DNA of 64,000 nucleotides, taken from positions 1 through 64,000 of IMG/VR virus record IMGVR_UViG_3300025122_000010; one strand, 5' to 3'. The DNA comes from a virus. This document shows, in pieces, positions 20,067-30,752 of this stretch (positions within the stretch are counted from its first letter, which is position 1; every line of letters begins with the position of its first letter). A program made the translations under genes and the position numbers. The notes under the pieces are model-generated. The model had not been told where the DNA came from, did no database searches, and worked only from the letters and a program-made list of their open reading frames with translations.

Positions 20067-20643
20067 AAAGATTCATGTTGAATTAGGGTGCGGAGACAAC
20101 AGAAGAGACATGACAGGTTGGAAAAATATTGGAGTCGATTCTGTAAAAGGCAATGTTGTTGATTATGTTACTGAAATGGGATTTGAAAAAATACCTTTAG
20201 AAGATAGTAGTGTTGATCTTGTAGGTGCTTATGACGTGTTAGAGCACATACCAAAGCAAGTTTGTATGCTCGATGGTGATGAGCTGGTTAAGAAATTTCC
20301 ATTAATCTTTCTAATGAATGACATATATAGAATATTAAAAGACGAAGGTGAGTTCCATATGGAGATTCCTTATTCAGATCAAGGCTATTATAGAGATCCA
20401 ACTCATGTTACTAGATTATCTGAAGACTGGTATCATTACTTTCAGAATGAAGACAACTTGTATTATGATCAACGAATTGTAACTTGCAATTTCAAATTGA
20501 AGAGTAGTAGTTTTAGAAGATATAAATGGAATGACAAAGATATAATGCGTAATGAATTGATAGCTGTTAAGAGTGTTAGTAGTAGTTCTATTGAAACACA
20601 ACCAAAAATTTCTACTGAAGCAGACCACAAGCCTTTGATATGA
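20050..20643 (+). CDS. class I SAM methyltransferase-like protein
   Basis: ELGCG, VLEHIP, YRILK, DPTHV. Confidence 0.8.
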   Translation: MTMMSEKIHVELGCGDNRRDMTGWKNIGVDSVKGNVVDYVTEMGFEKIPLEDSSVDLVGAYDVLEHIPKQVCMLDGDELVKKFPLIFLMNDIYRILKDEGEFHMEIPYSDQGYYRDPTHVTRLSEDWYHYFQNEDNLYYDQRIVTCNFKLKSSSFRRYKWNDKDIMRNELIAVKSVSSSSIETQPKISTEADHKPLI

Positions 20644-20818
20644 TTCTTTTTGATAAAGAAGTTTGGAGATATGGTAGATTATATATTGAATTAGATATAA
20701 GAGACTGGAATGATCCACGTTGTATTTCAACATATTATGATGGATTTCATTATTGCATATTTTTTGGTCCTCTAGGAATTGATTTTCATACTGGCTATAG
20801 ATTTGGAAAGGTATTTAT

Positions 20819-21784
20819 ATGAAAATACTTGTAGTTCAGACACCTCATTATGATTTTTGTGCAGCAACTCTTATTGAAGGCTTAAATGATTTAGAAATTT
20901 CAGGAGAAGTAGAAGAATTGTATTGCACAGAGTCTTCAAATTATGGAGCTAGTGGTTTCAAAGGAGAGCAAGCTGTATTAGATCTCTATAGTGCTAAACA
21001 ATTTGCTAAAGACAAAGCTGACTTAGTTATAATAACGTCAAATAACGATGTCAAAGAAAGCATATTAGAAGACTTGGATAAATCTAAGTTTGTATATATA
21101 GATGGAGAAGATGTATTTCAATACAAGAAGAATCCACATGATTTTGCTTTATATTTCAAGAGAGAACTAAGAAAAGAAGGGATGGTTATTCACCCAAACG
21201 TTAAACCCTTCCCATTTGCAGCTGAAAAAAGATATTTCAGATACAAGAACTGGCATGATAAGAAGTATACAGTATCTTGTATGTTCGGACCACATGATGC
21301 TACAAAGCCCTGGAGAACTGAAATAGAAAAAGCACTGTCAGAAGCTAATTTAAAAGATTCTATAATTGGTGCAGTGTTTGGTGGTGCTCCCCTTTCTAGT
21401 ATAGACACAGGGAATAGAGATCACAGTAATTATTATGATGCATTGGCTTTATCAAAAATGTCTGTTGACGCTCATGGAGCTTACGAATGTAATTCTGGCA
21501 GATATTGGGAATCATTAGCAAATTGCTGTTGTCTATTTACTAGGAAAAATTTGATAGATATGCCCTTCCCTTTTATTGATGGAGAGCATCTTATAGAATT
21601 CGAGACCCATGAAGAGCTAGTAGACAAAATCGGTTTCTATATAGACAATGCAAGTTGCATACAACATGAAATATATATAAAAAAGATAGCAAAAGCAGGC
21701 TATCAACACTTAAAGACTCATCATACTACAAAAGCTAGAGCACAGTATCTATTGTCTGAATGTAAGAAAGTTGGAATAATATAG
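20819..21784 (+). CDS. GT-B glycosyltransferase (CgeB-like)
   Basis: YIDGED, YFKRE, RYWESLA, HHTTKARA. Confidence 0.7.
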   Translation: MKILVVQTPHYDFCAATLIEGLNDLEISGEVEELYCTESSNYGASGFKGEQAVLDLYSAKQFAKDKADLVIITSNNDVKESILEDLDKSKFVYIDGEDVFQYKKNPHDFALYFKRELRKEGMVIHPNVKPFPFAAEKRYFRYKNWHDKKYTVSCMFGPHDATKPWRTEIEKALSEANLKDSIIGAVFGGAPLSSIDTGNRDHSNYYDALALSKMSVDAHGAYECNSGRYWESLANCCCLFTRKNLIDMPFPFIDGEHLIEFETHEELVDKIGFYIDNASCIQHEIYIKKIAKAGYQHLKTHHTTKARAQYLLSECKKVGII

Positions 21785-21794
21785 TAAAAACTGT

Positions 21795-21805
21795 ATATTT
21801 ATATA
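21795..21805 (+). promoter_or_regulatory. ATATTTATATA motif (candidate late promoter)
   Basis: Intergenic, 26 nt upstream of ATG. Confidence 0.45.
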
Positions 21806-21831
21806 GACAATTGGATATCTGGAGAATATAG

Positions 21832-23928
21832 ATGAAATTGTATGAAGGTATTACACACATTGATGATCTTGAGATCAGTAAGTTTATGGATTTGGCAAGA
21901 CGTATGCAAAACAAAGATGCGTCTATTGAGCTATCTACAAAATGGGATGGGAGTGCTAATCTAGGATTTGGGGTTGATGAAGAAGGAAACTTGTATTTTG
22001 ATAGAGCTGTAAAAGGACAAGCTGAAAGAAGAAGAAGTCCAAATGACTGGCCTAAAAAGCCAATGTTTAATGCCATACGATCTGCAGTTGCTGCAATGTT
22101 GACAAAGAAGAAAGAAATAGAATCTTTGATGCAGCCTGGTGAATGGACAGATTCTGAAATCATGTTTGAAACTATACCCAATTCAATAGAGTATGGTGAC
22201 AACATGATTATTGTTCATGATGTAAAATACAACAAATTAGTGAAAGCTCTTAGGGCTGCAAAAGCTAAGATAGATCTGTATTTCTTCAATCCTAAAACTG
22301 GCAAGATCGGAAAGCAAACACAAGAAGTGCGTTATGTATTCGGCGGTAAAGAAGTTATACCAACTAAGAAATACCAGTTGTCTATAAATGCTGATATTGA
22401 TAGACTAGAAGAGTTTCTATCAGAACCAAATGATGTATTTAAAAACATGTCAAACTTTGAAGTACTAGGAACTAGATCAGTAGGAAAAGATAAAGATAGG
22501 ATTGCAAAAGAGAAAGCTAGACTAGCTAAAGAGATAAAAACACAACAGCTTTCTATAAAAGATAAGTTGATTGACCAGATACTAAATAAGATTCCTGCAT
22601 CTAAAGTAGCTCCTCCTCCAGTATTTGATGATCAAGGTAACAACGTCTCAGGTAGTTGGCCTGAAGGGATAGTCATTAAAGATTTAGATTCAGGTGATCT
22701 AACTAAAGTTGTGTCTGTATTTCCAGAGATCAATAAGTTTCTTTGGCATTACAGAGAAATGGCAATGAGAGGAGCTGGGCCTGCTGGTAAGTTTGTTCCC
22801 GGTATAATGCAAGTTTTCAAAGACGATATAGGTGATAAAGCATTTGGTGTAAAGCAATTGAAAGTTGCAGGTGTAGCTTCATATATAAGAAAGAAATATC
22901 CAGGACAGCCTGCTAATGAGAAACTACTATTTTTCTTAAGAGACAAGAAATTCAAATTCAATAGAGCTAATCAAACAAAGAGCTTGTTTCTAAAAGCTGT
23001 CAAGAAAGCATTGACTGATCTGAATAGCTTGAGAAGAGAGTTTGAAACAGTTGGTAAGAAACAAACATTGAAAGTGCAAAAGGGCACATTCCAAAGAGTT
23101 GTACAATATAGTCCAGTTCAAATTAGAAAAACATATGAGACTTTCATTACAGTAGAAGACGAATTGAAAGCAATGCTAAAGAAAGTACAGAATGCAACTG
23201 CCAAAACACCCGAAGGGCTAGCTGTCCAATTGCTAAGAATATATTTTGGTAGAGACAATATGAAAAAGATGAATGAAGACTATGATAGTATAATTAATAG
23301 AGTTAGAAACATAATCAAAGAGAGATATTTAACTGAAGCTGCTAAACGAACTAAGATTGGTATAATACTTGGTAGGTTCCAACCTCCACAAAAAATGCAT
23401 ATTGAACTTATAGAAAGAGCTTTAAAAGAAAATGATCGTGTCTATGTATTTGTAGCTGGACAGGGCACAGACAAAAGAAATCCAATACCTCATCAACTTA
23501 GAGCAAATGTTCTTGAAAAATTTGTTAATGACAAAAGAGTTCAGATCTATGCTGCTAAAAGTGGATTTCTACCAGCACTGATTGATTCACATGCTGACTT
23601 GAATAATGTGGGTTTGATCAATGCATATTGTGGTACAGATAGAAAACCAAAATTCTTAGACATGTTCAAGTATTTTGACCATGATGATATAAAAATAAAA
23701 ATCAACGTGTTAAAGAGAGATCCTGATTCTGTCAGTTCAACAAAAGTAAGAGATGCTATTGGAAATAGTGATTATGAATTATTCAAATCATTAATGCCAG
23801 TTAAGTTAAGTAATAAAGATGCAATGTCACTATTTAAGAAATATCAAAGATTTATTAAGCCCATAAAAAATGAAGCATACATCAGAAAACTTGCAAGATC
23901 TATATTAGAAAGGACATTTTCTAAGTGA
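21832..23928 (+). CDS. ligase-like nucleotidyltransferase domain fused to HIGH-type cytidylyltransferase-like domain
   Basis: STKWDGS (KxDG), PEGIVIK; C-terminal GRFQPPQKMH, CGTDR, VSSTKVRDAI. Confidence 0.7.
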   Translation: MKLYEGITHIDDLEISKFMDLARRMQNKDASIELSTKWDGSANLGFGVDEEGNLYFDRAVKGQAERRRSPNDWPKKPMFNAIRSAVAAMLTKKKEIESLMQPGEWTDSEIMFETIPNSIEYGDNMIIVHDVKYNKLVKALRAAKAKIDLYFFNPKTGKIGKQTQEVRYVFGGKEVIPTKKYQLSINADIDRLEEFLSEPNDVFKNMSNFEVLGTRSVGKDKDRIAKEKARLAKEIKTQQLSIKDKLIDQILNKIPASKVAPPPVFDDQGNNVSGSWPEGIVIKDLDSGDLTKVVSVFPEINKFLWHYREMAMRGAGPAGKFVPGIMQVFKDDIGDKAFGVKQLKVAGVASYIRKKYPGQPANEKLLFFLRDKKFKFNRANQTKSLFLKAVKKALTDLNSLRREFETVGKKQTLKVQKGTFQRVVQYSPVQIRKTYETFITVEDELKAMLKKVQNATAKTPEGLAVQLLRIYFGRDNMKKMNEDYDSIINRVRNIIKERYLTEAAKRTKIGIILGRFQPPQKMHIELIERALKENDRVYVFVAGQGTDKRNPIPHQLRANVLEKFVNDKRVQIYAAKSGFLPALIDSHADLNNVGLINAYCGTDRKPKFLDMFKYFDHDDIKIKINVLKRDPDSVSSTKVRDAIGNSDYELFKSLMPVKLSNKDAMSLFKKYQRFIKPIKNEAYIRKLARSILERTFSK

Positions 23929-24263
23929 AGTTTATTGTTACATTTTCAATACGTAATAAAGGGAATGATTCATATAACAATCCCTGATTATGAAACACAA
24001 GTTGGATATAAAAGTCATCAACATGCTTTTGTATATCCTGATTTGTTTTTAGAGGATCACTTTAAGATATTTCTTACACAGCTTTATTTAGATATTGAAT
24101 TGCATACTACTTTTATAAATCCAACTGTAAGTGGAGGAAAGGCTAAGCATCATTACTATTTATGTAGAAATTTAGAAATCTAATCTGATATTTTGCAAGT
24201 TGTGGCAGGCGATTACGATCTTAAAGCATTGTATCTGTTTGCTGTAGAAAGGGGAAACATAGG

Positions 24264-25496
24264 TTGAGCAAGATATTTGCACCACAGAGCAAAGTAATAG
24301 CAAATGTTGATAGAGCTTTAGAGTTAGTCAAAGGAGACAATCCACCACCAGTTCTAGTAGAAGTGGATCCTTCAAATGCATGCAATCACGGATGTCATTT
24401 CTGCATCAGTTCGTATATTCACTTACCCGAATCTAAAGGATTGAGAACTTATGATAAGTCTATAATGCCAAAAGAAACTCTTATGATGCTATGTAAAGAC
24501 TTGGCTGACATGGAAGTAAGAGCTGTCAATTGGACAGGAGGTGGAGAACCAACAATTAATCCCGGATTGAAGGACACAATAGAATATTTAGGTAGAAGAA
24601 ATGTTAAGATGGGGATGTTTACGAATGGGACACTGTTAGAAAAACATAATTTGTACGAAACTATGCTTCAGTATATGTCTTGGATAAGAGTTTCAGTAGA
24701 TGCTGGAGTCTCTGAAACGTATAACTCTATTAGAAGGACAGTTAAAAACAAGAGTGACTGGAGTGTAATGTTACATAATTTGAGGAATCTGTTAAAATTG
24801 AGAGGAAATGTAAAGATAGATAGAGCTTATGCTGCTATGCCAAGAAAATTAACGTTACCAACTATAGGTGTTGGTTTCGTCATTACTCCAGATAACTTTA
24901 CAGAGATTATAGACTTTGCAAAAGTATTTTCAGAATATAGTGTAGACTACTGTCAATTCAAACCAGAGATTGTAAACCTAGAAAGAGAAGATGGAGTACA
25001 AAGAGGACTAGAGTTTTGGGAAAATAGAGTGATGCTTCTGTTAGAAGAAGTTAAAGTTATTCTAGGTGATAAGTATCAGATCAATGACTATAAGCTAGAA
25101 GACTTAAAGAACGGTAATGATTTTGGACGAACTTATAAGAAATGCCTGAGTTCACAACTTCAACCCTGTATCGGTGCTGATGGTGAAGTCTATGTTTGTA
25201 CGAATCTCAGGGGATACAAAGAATACTCTTATGGTAATATCAATGACAAGTCATTCAAAGAGATTTGGGAAGATGTAGAAACCAGGCAATCAGTAATGTA
25301 TAGAATTGAAGAAGAAAAGTTTAAAAACTGTACTCAACTATGCAAGCCACACGAAAGCAACAAGATGATGTGGACGCTATATAATTTGTATAATTCTTTG
25401 GAATCAAACTCTCAGAGAAGTCAATTTGAGAAATATATGCTAGAAGAAGCAATGCCTAGAACTAGAAAACAATTAACACATTATGAGTTTATATAA
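24264..25496 (+). CDS. radical SAM protein with SPASM/twitch domain
   Basis: CNHGCHFC, GGGEP, TNG, DGEVYVC..GNI..F.EIW. Confidence 0.9.
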   Translation: MSKIFAPQSKVIANVDRALELVKGDNPPPVLVEVDPSNACNHGCHFCISSYIHLPESKGLRTYDKSIMPKETLMMLCKDLADMEVRAVNWTGGGEPTINPGLKDTIEYLGRRNVKMGMFTNGTLLEKHNLYETMLQYMSWIRVSVDAGVSETYNSIRRTVKNKSDWSVMLHNLRNLLKLRGNVKIDRAYAAMPRKLTLPTIGVGFVITPDNFTEIIDFAKVFSEYSVDYCQFKPEIVNLEREDGVQRGLEFWENRVMLLLEEVKVILGDKYQINDYKLEDLKNGNDFGRTYKKCLSSQLQPCIGADGEVYVCTNLRGYKEYSYGNINDKSFKEIWEDVETRQSVMYRIEEEKFKNCTQLCKPHESNKMMWTLYNLYNSLESNSQRSQFEKYMLEEAMPRTRKQLTHYEFI

Positions 25497-25691
25497 TCGC
25501 ATAAATTGATTATACTAGTTTGAAAGGAGCAATGAAATGAAAAGGTTTTTAGAAAGATTAGGTAGAGGATTTGCTAGCGAGTTTTTAACGCCTAATGAAG
25601 CAAAATTTGTTAGGTGGTATGATATATTGTGGTTGATAATTCCTATAGCTGGTATTGCTATGTTTGTTGCTGTAGTAGAAAGGAAAACAGC

Positions 25692-26297
25692 ATGATATAT
25701 AGTTCTATTACATGCGGTTCTAAAGATTTGGTAGTTATTGATAAATCTATAACTTGTAAAGTCATGTTGAAGGCTTTTATGAAAATAGAAGAGTTGATCA
25801 ATAACTCTGAGGATGTTGTTGAACATATTATGGTTATCATAGATTCTGAGGGAGGAGAAATAGAACCAGCATTTTTCTTGTATGACTATTTGTGTGATTT
25901 GAAAGACCGGGAAATCAATGTAGTTACTATGGCGATGGGAACTTGCAAGTCAGCAGCTGCACTAGTTTTTTCAGCTGGATCAGAAAGAGTTTGTGGACCT
26001 AATACAACATTCATGATTCATGATATTGTGTTAACAATACCAGAAGAGAAAGCAACTAAAGAAGTGTTGTCGTATTCAGCTTATACAAATTATCAATCAC
26101 AAAGATCTTTTGAGTTAATTGCAAAGTCTTTGAAACCCGAGTTTGATTTAGAATATATTGAAAATCAAGTTTCTGATAAAATCGAATGGTATTTTGATGG
26201 GAGGGGAGCACACACTTTAGGGTTGGCAACGGTTCTTTTTCGCGAGGAAGTGAGTAATGGCAAATCTACTGAGGCACAATGTACTAGTTCTGAATAA
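25692..26297 (+). CDS. ClpP-like protease
   Basis: IDSEGG, CKSAA (catalytic Ser), FMIHD. Confidence 0.75.
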   Translation: MIYSSITCGSKDLVVIDKSITCKVMLKAFMKIEELINNSEDVVEHIMVIIDSEGGEIEPAFFLYDYLCDLKDREINVVTMAMGTCKSAAALVFSAGSERVCGPNTTFMIHDIVLTIPEEKATKEVLSYSAYTNYQSQRSFELIAKSLKPEFDLEYIENQVSDKIEWYFDGRGAHTLGLATVLFREEVSNGKSTEAQCTSSE

Positions 26298-26880
26298 ATA
26301 CTGGATCCCAATTCACATAACAAGTGTGCGTGATGCTATAGGTTTAGTTTTTGTTGGTGCAGCAAAAGTGATTTCAACTTCTCAAATCGAAAATCTGCAT
26401 GGAGAAGTTGTAGCTGAAGAGTTTGAAACATTGGACTATGACAACTGGGTTCTTGTCTCTGAATTTCTAGATACTGCAAAGTTCAATATTCTTAGCTCCG
26501 CAAAGTACAGACACTTCAAGCCTTGCGTCATCTCTCTGAATGGGTATGACGGGGTTCCAAAGTACGAGATCAGATTTTCAAGAACTTCTCTGTATGAAAG
26601 AGATAGTGGCCAGTGTCAATACTGCGGAGCTAACCTAACTAAGACTCAAGCAACTATCGACCATATTACTCCTAAGTCTAGAGGTGGAAAGAACACTTGG
26701 GACAACACTGTTCTTTGTTGCAAGAAGTGCAATGACAAGAAGGCTGACAAAACTCTGGGAGATGCTAAGATGAAATTGCTTAGCACACCAAAGAAGCCAA
26801 CTTGGATTTCAACTAAGTTTGGTAGAACAAGAACAGTGAAGGAAAGAGAAGAGTGGAGTAAGTTCGTTAAATACGTATAG
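26257..26880 (+). CDS. HNH endonuclease
   Basis: RD..CQYCG, TIDHITPKSRGG, W.N.V..C..CN.KK. Confidence 0.9.
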   Translation: MANLLRHNVLVLNKYWIPIHITSVRDAIGLVFVGAAKVISTSQIENLHGEVVAEEFETLDYDNWVLVSEFLDTAKFNILSSAKYRHFKPCVISLNGYDGVPKYEIRFSRTSLYERDSGQCQYCGANLTKTQATIDHITPKSRGGKNTWDNTVLCCKKCNDKKADKTLGDAKMKLLSTPKKPTWISTKFGRTRTVKEREEWSKFVKYV

Positions 26881-26890
26881 GAGAGATCTA

Positions 26891-27250
26891 TTGAATGAAT
26901 TGATTATTCAGATTATACTAGTAGCTATAATTTTTTCTAAGAATTTGTTCGATGCAGGAAGAGATCATACTTATTCTGATCCAGACTATAGACAGGGTAA
27001 ATATTTAATATTCAGAGATAAATGGCATGCTATAAAAGTAGCTGCTTTCTATCCCTTGCAAGTTTTTGCTGTATTGTATTTTTTTCATCCCTATTTATGG
27101 TTACCTATTGGTGGAGTCTCTTGGTATTTCTGGCAATTGGGTGAAAAAGTGTATGGTAAAACAGAGTGGGATAGTGCTGTTGATGATAGAGTCATAAATT
27201 TCTTTAAAACAATATTTAAAAGAGACAGGAAAAACAATGGGAAAAGTTAG
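26891..27250 (+). CDS. hypothetical membrane protein
   Basis: SD GGAGAG; hydrophobic segments. Confidence 0.55.
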   Translation: MNELIIQIILVAIIFSKNLFDAGRDHTYSDPDYRQGKYLIFRDKWHAIKVAAFYPLQVFAVLYFFHPYLWLPIGGVSWYFWQLGEKVYGKTEWDSAVDDRVINFFKTIFKRDRKNNGKS

Positions 27251-27599
27251 AGTGTTAGCAGTTGATTTTGATGGAACATTAGCAACATATGGCTCAGGGC
27301 AGTGGCCTACAATTGGTAAACCAAAGAAGGAAGTCATAGATCGAGTTAAAGAGTATAAAGCTAATAATTGGCAAATAATTCTTTGGACTTGTAGAAGCGG
27401 TAAGTATTTAGAAGAAGCAGTTGATTGGTGTAAAAATCTTGGATTAGAATTTGACGCAGTTAACAAAAACACTGAAGTTATAGCTGAACGCGAAGCAACT
27501 AATCAAGGAGTAAGTTCATCAGAGGAGTTGTCACCAAAGATCTATGCTACCTTTTATTTAGATGACAAAAACGCAACAATTGACGAGTTCATACGATGA
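27237..27599 (+). CDS. minimal HAD-superfamily phosphatase
   Basis: AVDFDGT, LWTCR, YLDDK. Confidence 0.85.
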   Translation: MGKVRVLAVDFDGTLATYGSGQWPTIGKPKKEVIDRVKEYKANNWQIILWTCRSGKYLEEAVDWCKNLGLEFDAVNKNTEVIAEREATNQGVSSSEELSPKIYATFYLDDKNATIDEFIR

Positions 27600-28027
27600 A
27601 GCTACAAGAAACAAAAAAGAAAAAGATCATAAGAGCAGGAGTCATCCCATTCTTCATAAAAGATAAAAAGCTAGAAATGTTGTTCATGAAACCTTCAGAT
27701 CCAAAGTATGGTGGTGCGCAATGGCAGATAGCTAAAGGAGAGATTGATGAAGGTGAGGCTATCATCAAGGCAGCTCTTAGGGAGGGCAAAGAAGAGCTTG
27801 GCTTATTACGTAGTAACATAGATCAGTTGTTTTCTCTTGGCAGTTTTTGGAATGGCGCTTTTCATTTATTTGCCGTGACTGTTAAGAGTAAGAAGAAATT
27901 TGCTAAATTTGGTGAAGAAACCGGTGCAGTAAGATGGATGAATTGGGGTGAAATCTTTACAGAAGGGAGGAGAGAGCAAATCAAGCTAGTGTCAACAGCT
28001 TATAAGGTAATAAAAGCAGGAGTTTAA
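27596..28027 (+). CDS. Nudix hydrolase
   Basis: Nudix box GEIDEGE..AALREGKEELG. Confidence 0.9.
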   Translation: MKLQETKKKKIIRAGVIPFFIKDKKLEMLFMKPSDPKYGGAQWQIAKGEIDEGEAIIKAALREGKEELGLLRSNIDQLFSLGSFWNGAFHLFAVTVKSKKKFAKFGEETGAVRWMNWGEIFTEGRREQIKLVSTAYKVIKAGV

Positions 28028-28099
28028 TTGAGGAACATAAGTGATTATAATATTTCGAGAGGTAAAAAAACTATCAAGGAGTAAAAAGGAGAAGAAAAA

Positions 28100-28993
28100 A
28101 TGAATTTGAATTTGGATAAGATCAAAGCTGCTTTAGATAAGTACGATAATCCACAAAGTGCAACAGGAGGTGGAAAAAACCAGTTTGGTGACAACCTTCT
28201 AAGGCTTAATCCTGCTAATGATGAGATTAGTACAGTCGTAAAGATTGTATCGAATAAGTTCAATCTTGAAGATCCATTCACTGAACTATATTTCCATTAT
28301 GGTTTGCCTGGGCTTCAGTCTGCACTTTGCCCAAGAAAGATGCATAATGAACCATGTCCTGCTTGTGAATTTGGTTGGACAGTATTAGAGAAGTATAAGG
28401 AAACTAGGATCGAGAAGGATAGGAAGCCACTTGATATTCTTATGCCTAATGTAAGAATATTTGTACCTGTCGTTGTAATGGAGGAGGAACAGAAGAAGAC
28501 TAGGCTTTGGGGCTTTAGTCCAACAGTTCACAGGAAGCTTTTGAGTTGTATCGTTGAATTTGCTGAAGAAGGAATTGATATAACTGATCCTGAGAAGAGT
28601 CCTGAATTTAGAATCTCTGTAATTTCTAAAGCTAAGTCTAAGAAGTCGTTTAACACTATCGATATTGATCCTGTTAAGAAGGGCTTGTCTTACTCGATTA
28701 CGAAGTTGGCTAATAAAGATGATGTTGCAGCAATCTTGGATTCATGCCCGAATGTTACAGATATTTACGAACCAAAGACACATGAAGAGATTTCAGAAGC
28801 TGTTGACAAGTATGCACAAGGCTCAGCTCCCAATACGACTACTTCGAGTACTGAAGAAGCTAGTACAGGGACTGAGAAGGATTATTCAAACGACAAAGAA
28901 GCCTCAGGTGAAGAAAGTGATTCGAGTGATAATTTGGAGAATTTGGCAGACAAATTCAGTAAAGCTATGAATGAAAGAGAAAGTGACGAATAA
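28100..28993 (+). CDS. single-stranded DNA-binding protein (gp32-like)
   Basis: FHY..CP..CPAC Zn site, DITDP, acidic tail, adjacent to recombinase. Confidence 0.75.
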   Translation: MNLNLDKIKAALDKYDNPQSATGGGKNQFGDNLLRLNPANDEISTVVKIVSNKFNLEDPFTELYFHYGLPGLQSALCPRKMHNEPCPACEFGWTVLEKYKETRIEKDRKPLDILMPNVRIFVPVVVMEEEQKKTRLWGFSPTVHRKLLSCIVEFAEEGIDITDPEKSPEFRISVISKAKSKKSFNTIDIDPVKKGLSYSITKLANKDDVAAILDSCPNVTDIYEPKTHEEISEAVDKYAQGSAPNTTTSSTEEASTGTEKDYSNDKEASGEESDSSDNLENLADKFSKAMNERESDE

Positions 28994-28996
28994 TCA

Positions 28997-30154
28997 ATGG
29001 CGAAAAGAAGTGTAGTAATATCCGACGACAAAGGTAGTACAGATAACAAACCATCATTGTTCAATGACATGTTGATTGATGCACTAAAGAGCGATGTTGG
29101 TGGTTCATCTTTTATACTAGGTAGAGATGATTCTCCATCAGATGTAAAAGAGTGGATAAGTACTGGCAACACTGTATTGGATATGTGTATTTCAAACAAC
29201 CCTAATTCTGACGGCGGTATACCAGTAGGGAGATTAACAGAGCTTCATGGTGATTCAAGTACTGGTAAGTCTCTTCTTGGCTACACTATATTGAAGAACT
29301 GTGCAGAAAAAGGTGGTGTTTCGGTATTACTAGATACTGAAAATTCAGCCAATGAAGAGTTCATGAAGATGTTGGGTTTGAAGCCTGAAGAGAACTTGGT
29401 GTATTCTGTTCCTGACACTGTAGAAGATGTGTTCAAGTCTATTGAAACTATAATAAGAACTACAAGAAAATCTGACAAAGGTAGACTTGTAACTATAGTA
29501 TGGGACAGTGTTGCAGCAACAAGCACAAAGAAAGAAATGGAAGAAGATGTTGGGCAAGCAAATGTGGCTCTTGTAGCAAGGACTATTGGACAAGGAATGC
29601 GAAAGATTAAGAGATTGCTAGGACATGAAAGAATTGCCCTAATATTCCTAAACCAGTTGAGATCAAAAATAGGAGTTGTCTTTGGTGACCCATATACTAC
29701 TCCTGGTGGAAATGCAATCCCATTTTTTGCTGACGTCAGAATTAGGTTGTACACTGCTGGAAAAATCACTGTTGCGAAAGATGTCATAGGAATTACAACA
29801 AAAGCAAAAGTGATTAAGACTAGGTTTGGTCCACCGTTTAGAGAAGCAATGCTTAAAGTATATTTTGATAGAGGTCTTGTTCAAGAAGAGTCTTGGGAAG
29901 AGTACTTGAAAACAAAGAAATTCATAACTTCAGTCAGTGGAACAAGAAACTTTAAATTGAAGTTAGATGGGTCAGATGAAGCACATGAGTATAAGGGAAA
30001 AGAATTTGTAGAGTTTATAAGAAGCAATCCTGAGCTTAAAAGTAAGATAGAACAGATGATAAGGACCGATCTGTATGTCGAACAAGACCCAAGTAAAAGA
30101 GAGGAGGAAGAGAGCATAGAAGAGTTTACTGATGATGAAGTTGCCAACATTTAA
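28997..30154 (+). CDS. recA: RecA/UvsX recombinase
   Basis: ISTG, GDSSTGKS, WDSVAA, NQLRSKIGVVFGDP, TPGG. Confidence 0.92.
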   Translation: MAKRSVVISDDKGSTDNKPSLFNDMLIDALKSDVGGSSFILGRDDSPSDVKEWISTGNTVLDMCISNNPNSDGGIPVGRLTELHGDSSTGKSLLGYTILKNCAEKGGVSVLLDTENSANEEFMKMLGLKPEENLVYSVPDTVEDVFKSIETIIRTTRKSDKGRLVTIVWDSVAATSTKKEMEEDVGQANVALVARTIGQGMRKIKRLLGHERIALIFLNQLRSKIGVVFGDPYTTPGGNAIPFFADVRIRLYTAGKITVAKDVIGITTKAKVIKTRFGPPFREAMLKVYFDRGLVQEESWEEYLKTKKFITSVSGTRNFKLKLDGSDEAHEYKGKEFVEFIRSNPELKSKIEQMIRTDLYVEQDPSKREEEESIEEFTDDEVANI

Positions 30155-30214
30155 AGTATTGAAGTTGCGGTAAAAAAACCAAACGAAGTTTATATTTAAT
30201 CTACAAGGAGGAAG

Positions 30215-30460
30215 TTGATTATGCCTAATCCACATCTAACAAATGAAGTTGTTAACGCAGTTCAGACTCTTCAAGAGTATATTGAGAGTCAAAACAAGTC
30301 CAAGCGATCTGCAGCACAAAACAGGTCAACGGATTGGACTGGCGACGAAAGCAAGGACAGAATTAGATATTACGATACAAATATCGAAGCATTGAGAAAT
30401 GTCCTTGCCGGTCATTCAGTATTTTCAAGTAACGGATGGTTGGAGGGCTTGCGATTCTAG
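30215..30460 (+). CDS. hypothetical protein
   Basis: SD AAGGAGG; followed by terminator. Confidence 0.6.
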   Translation: MIMPNPHLTNEVVNAVQTLQEYIESQNKSKRSAAQNRSTDWTGDESKDRIRYYDTNIEALRNVLAGHSVFSSNGWLEGLRF

Positions 30461-30482
30461 CAGTATACAGAAACTAGATCAC

Positions 30483-30523
30483 AAGGCCCTCTAAACTAGA
30501 TTTAGAGGGCCTTATTACTTTTT
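30483..30523 (+). terminator. intrinsic terminator
   Basis: 13-bp AAGGCCCTCTAAA/TTTAGAGGGCCTT followed by T-rich tail. Confidence 0.8.
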
Positions 30524-30723
30524 ATCAAGTAATATCAAGTAGTATAACAAAGGTTTCAACATGACCTTGTGAATATTCCTAACTTCATCATTTCATTAAA
30601 TGTATGGAGATATGGAACTTAGTTATATAACAAAGTGTTATATATCATGTAAGTTGTTTATTAACAACAACTTAAAGTACGCTCATTGACAACTAAATAT
30701 TTTAACACATTTTTGAAGAAAAT

Positions 30724-30752
30724 GTTTACTATCACTTAGAATTGATTATATT
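30724..30752 (+). promoter_or_regulatory. repeated early-type promoter, copy 1
   Basis: GTTTAC-N17-TATATT with conserved spacer; 4 copies in window. Confidence 0.75.
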
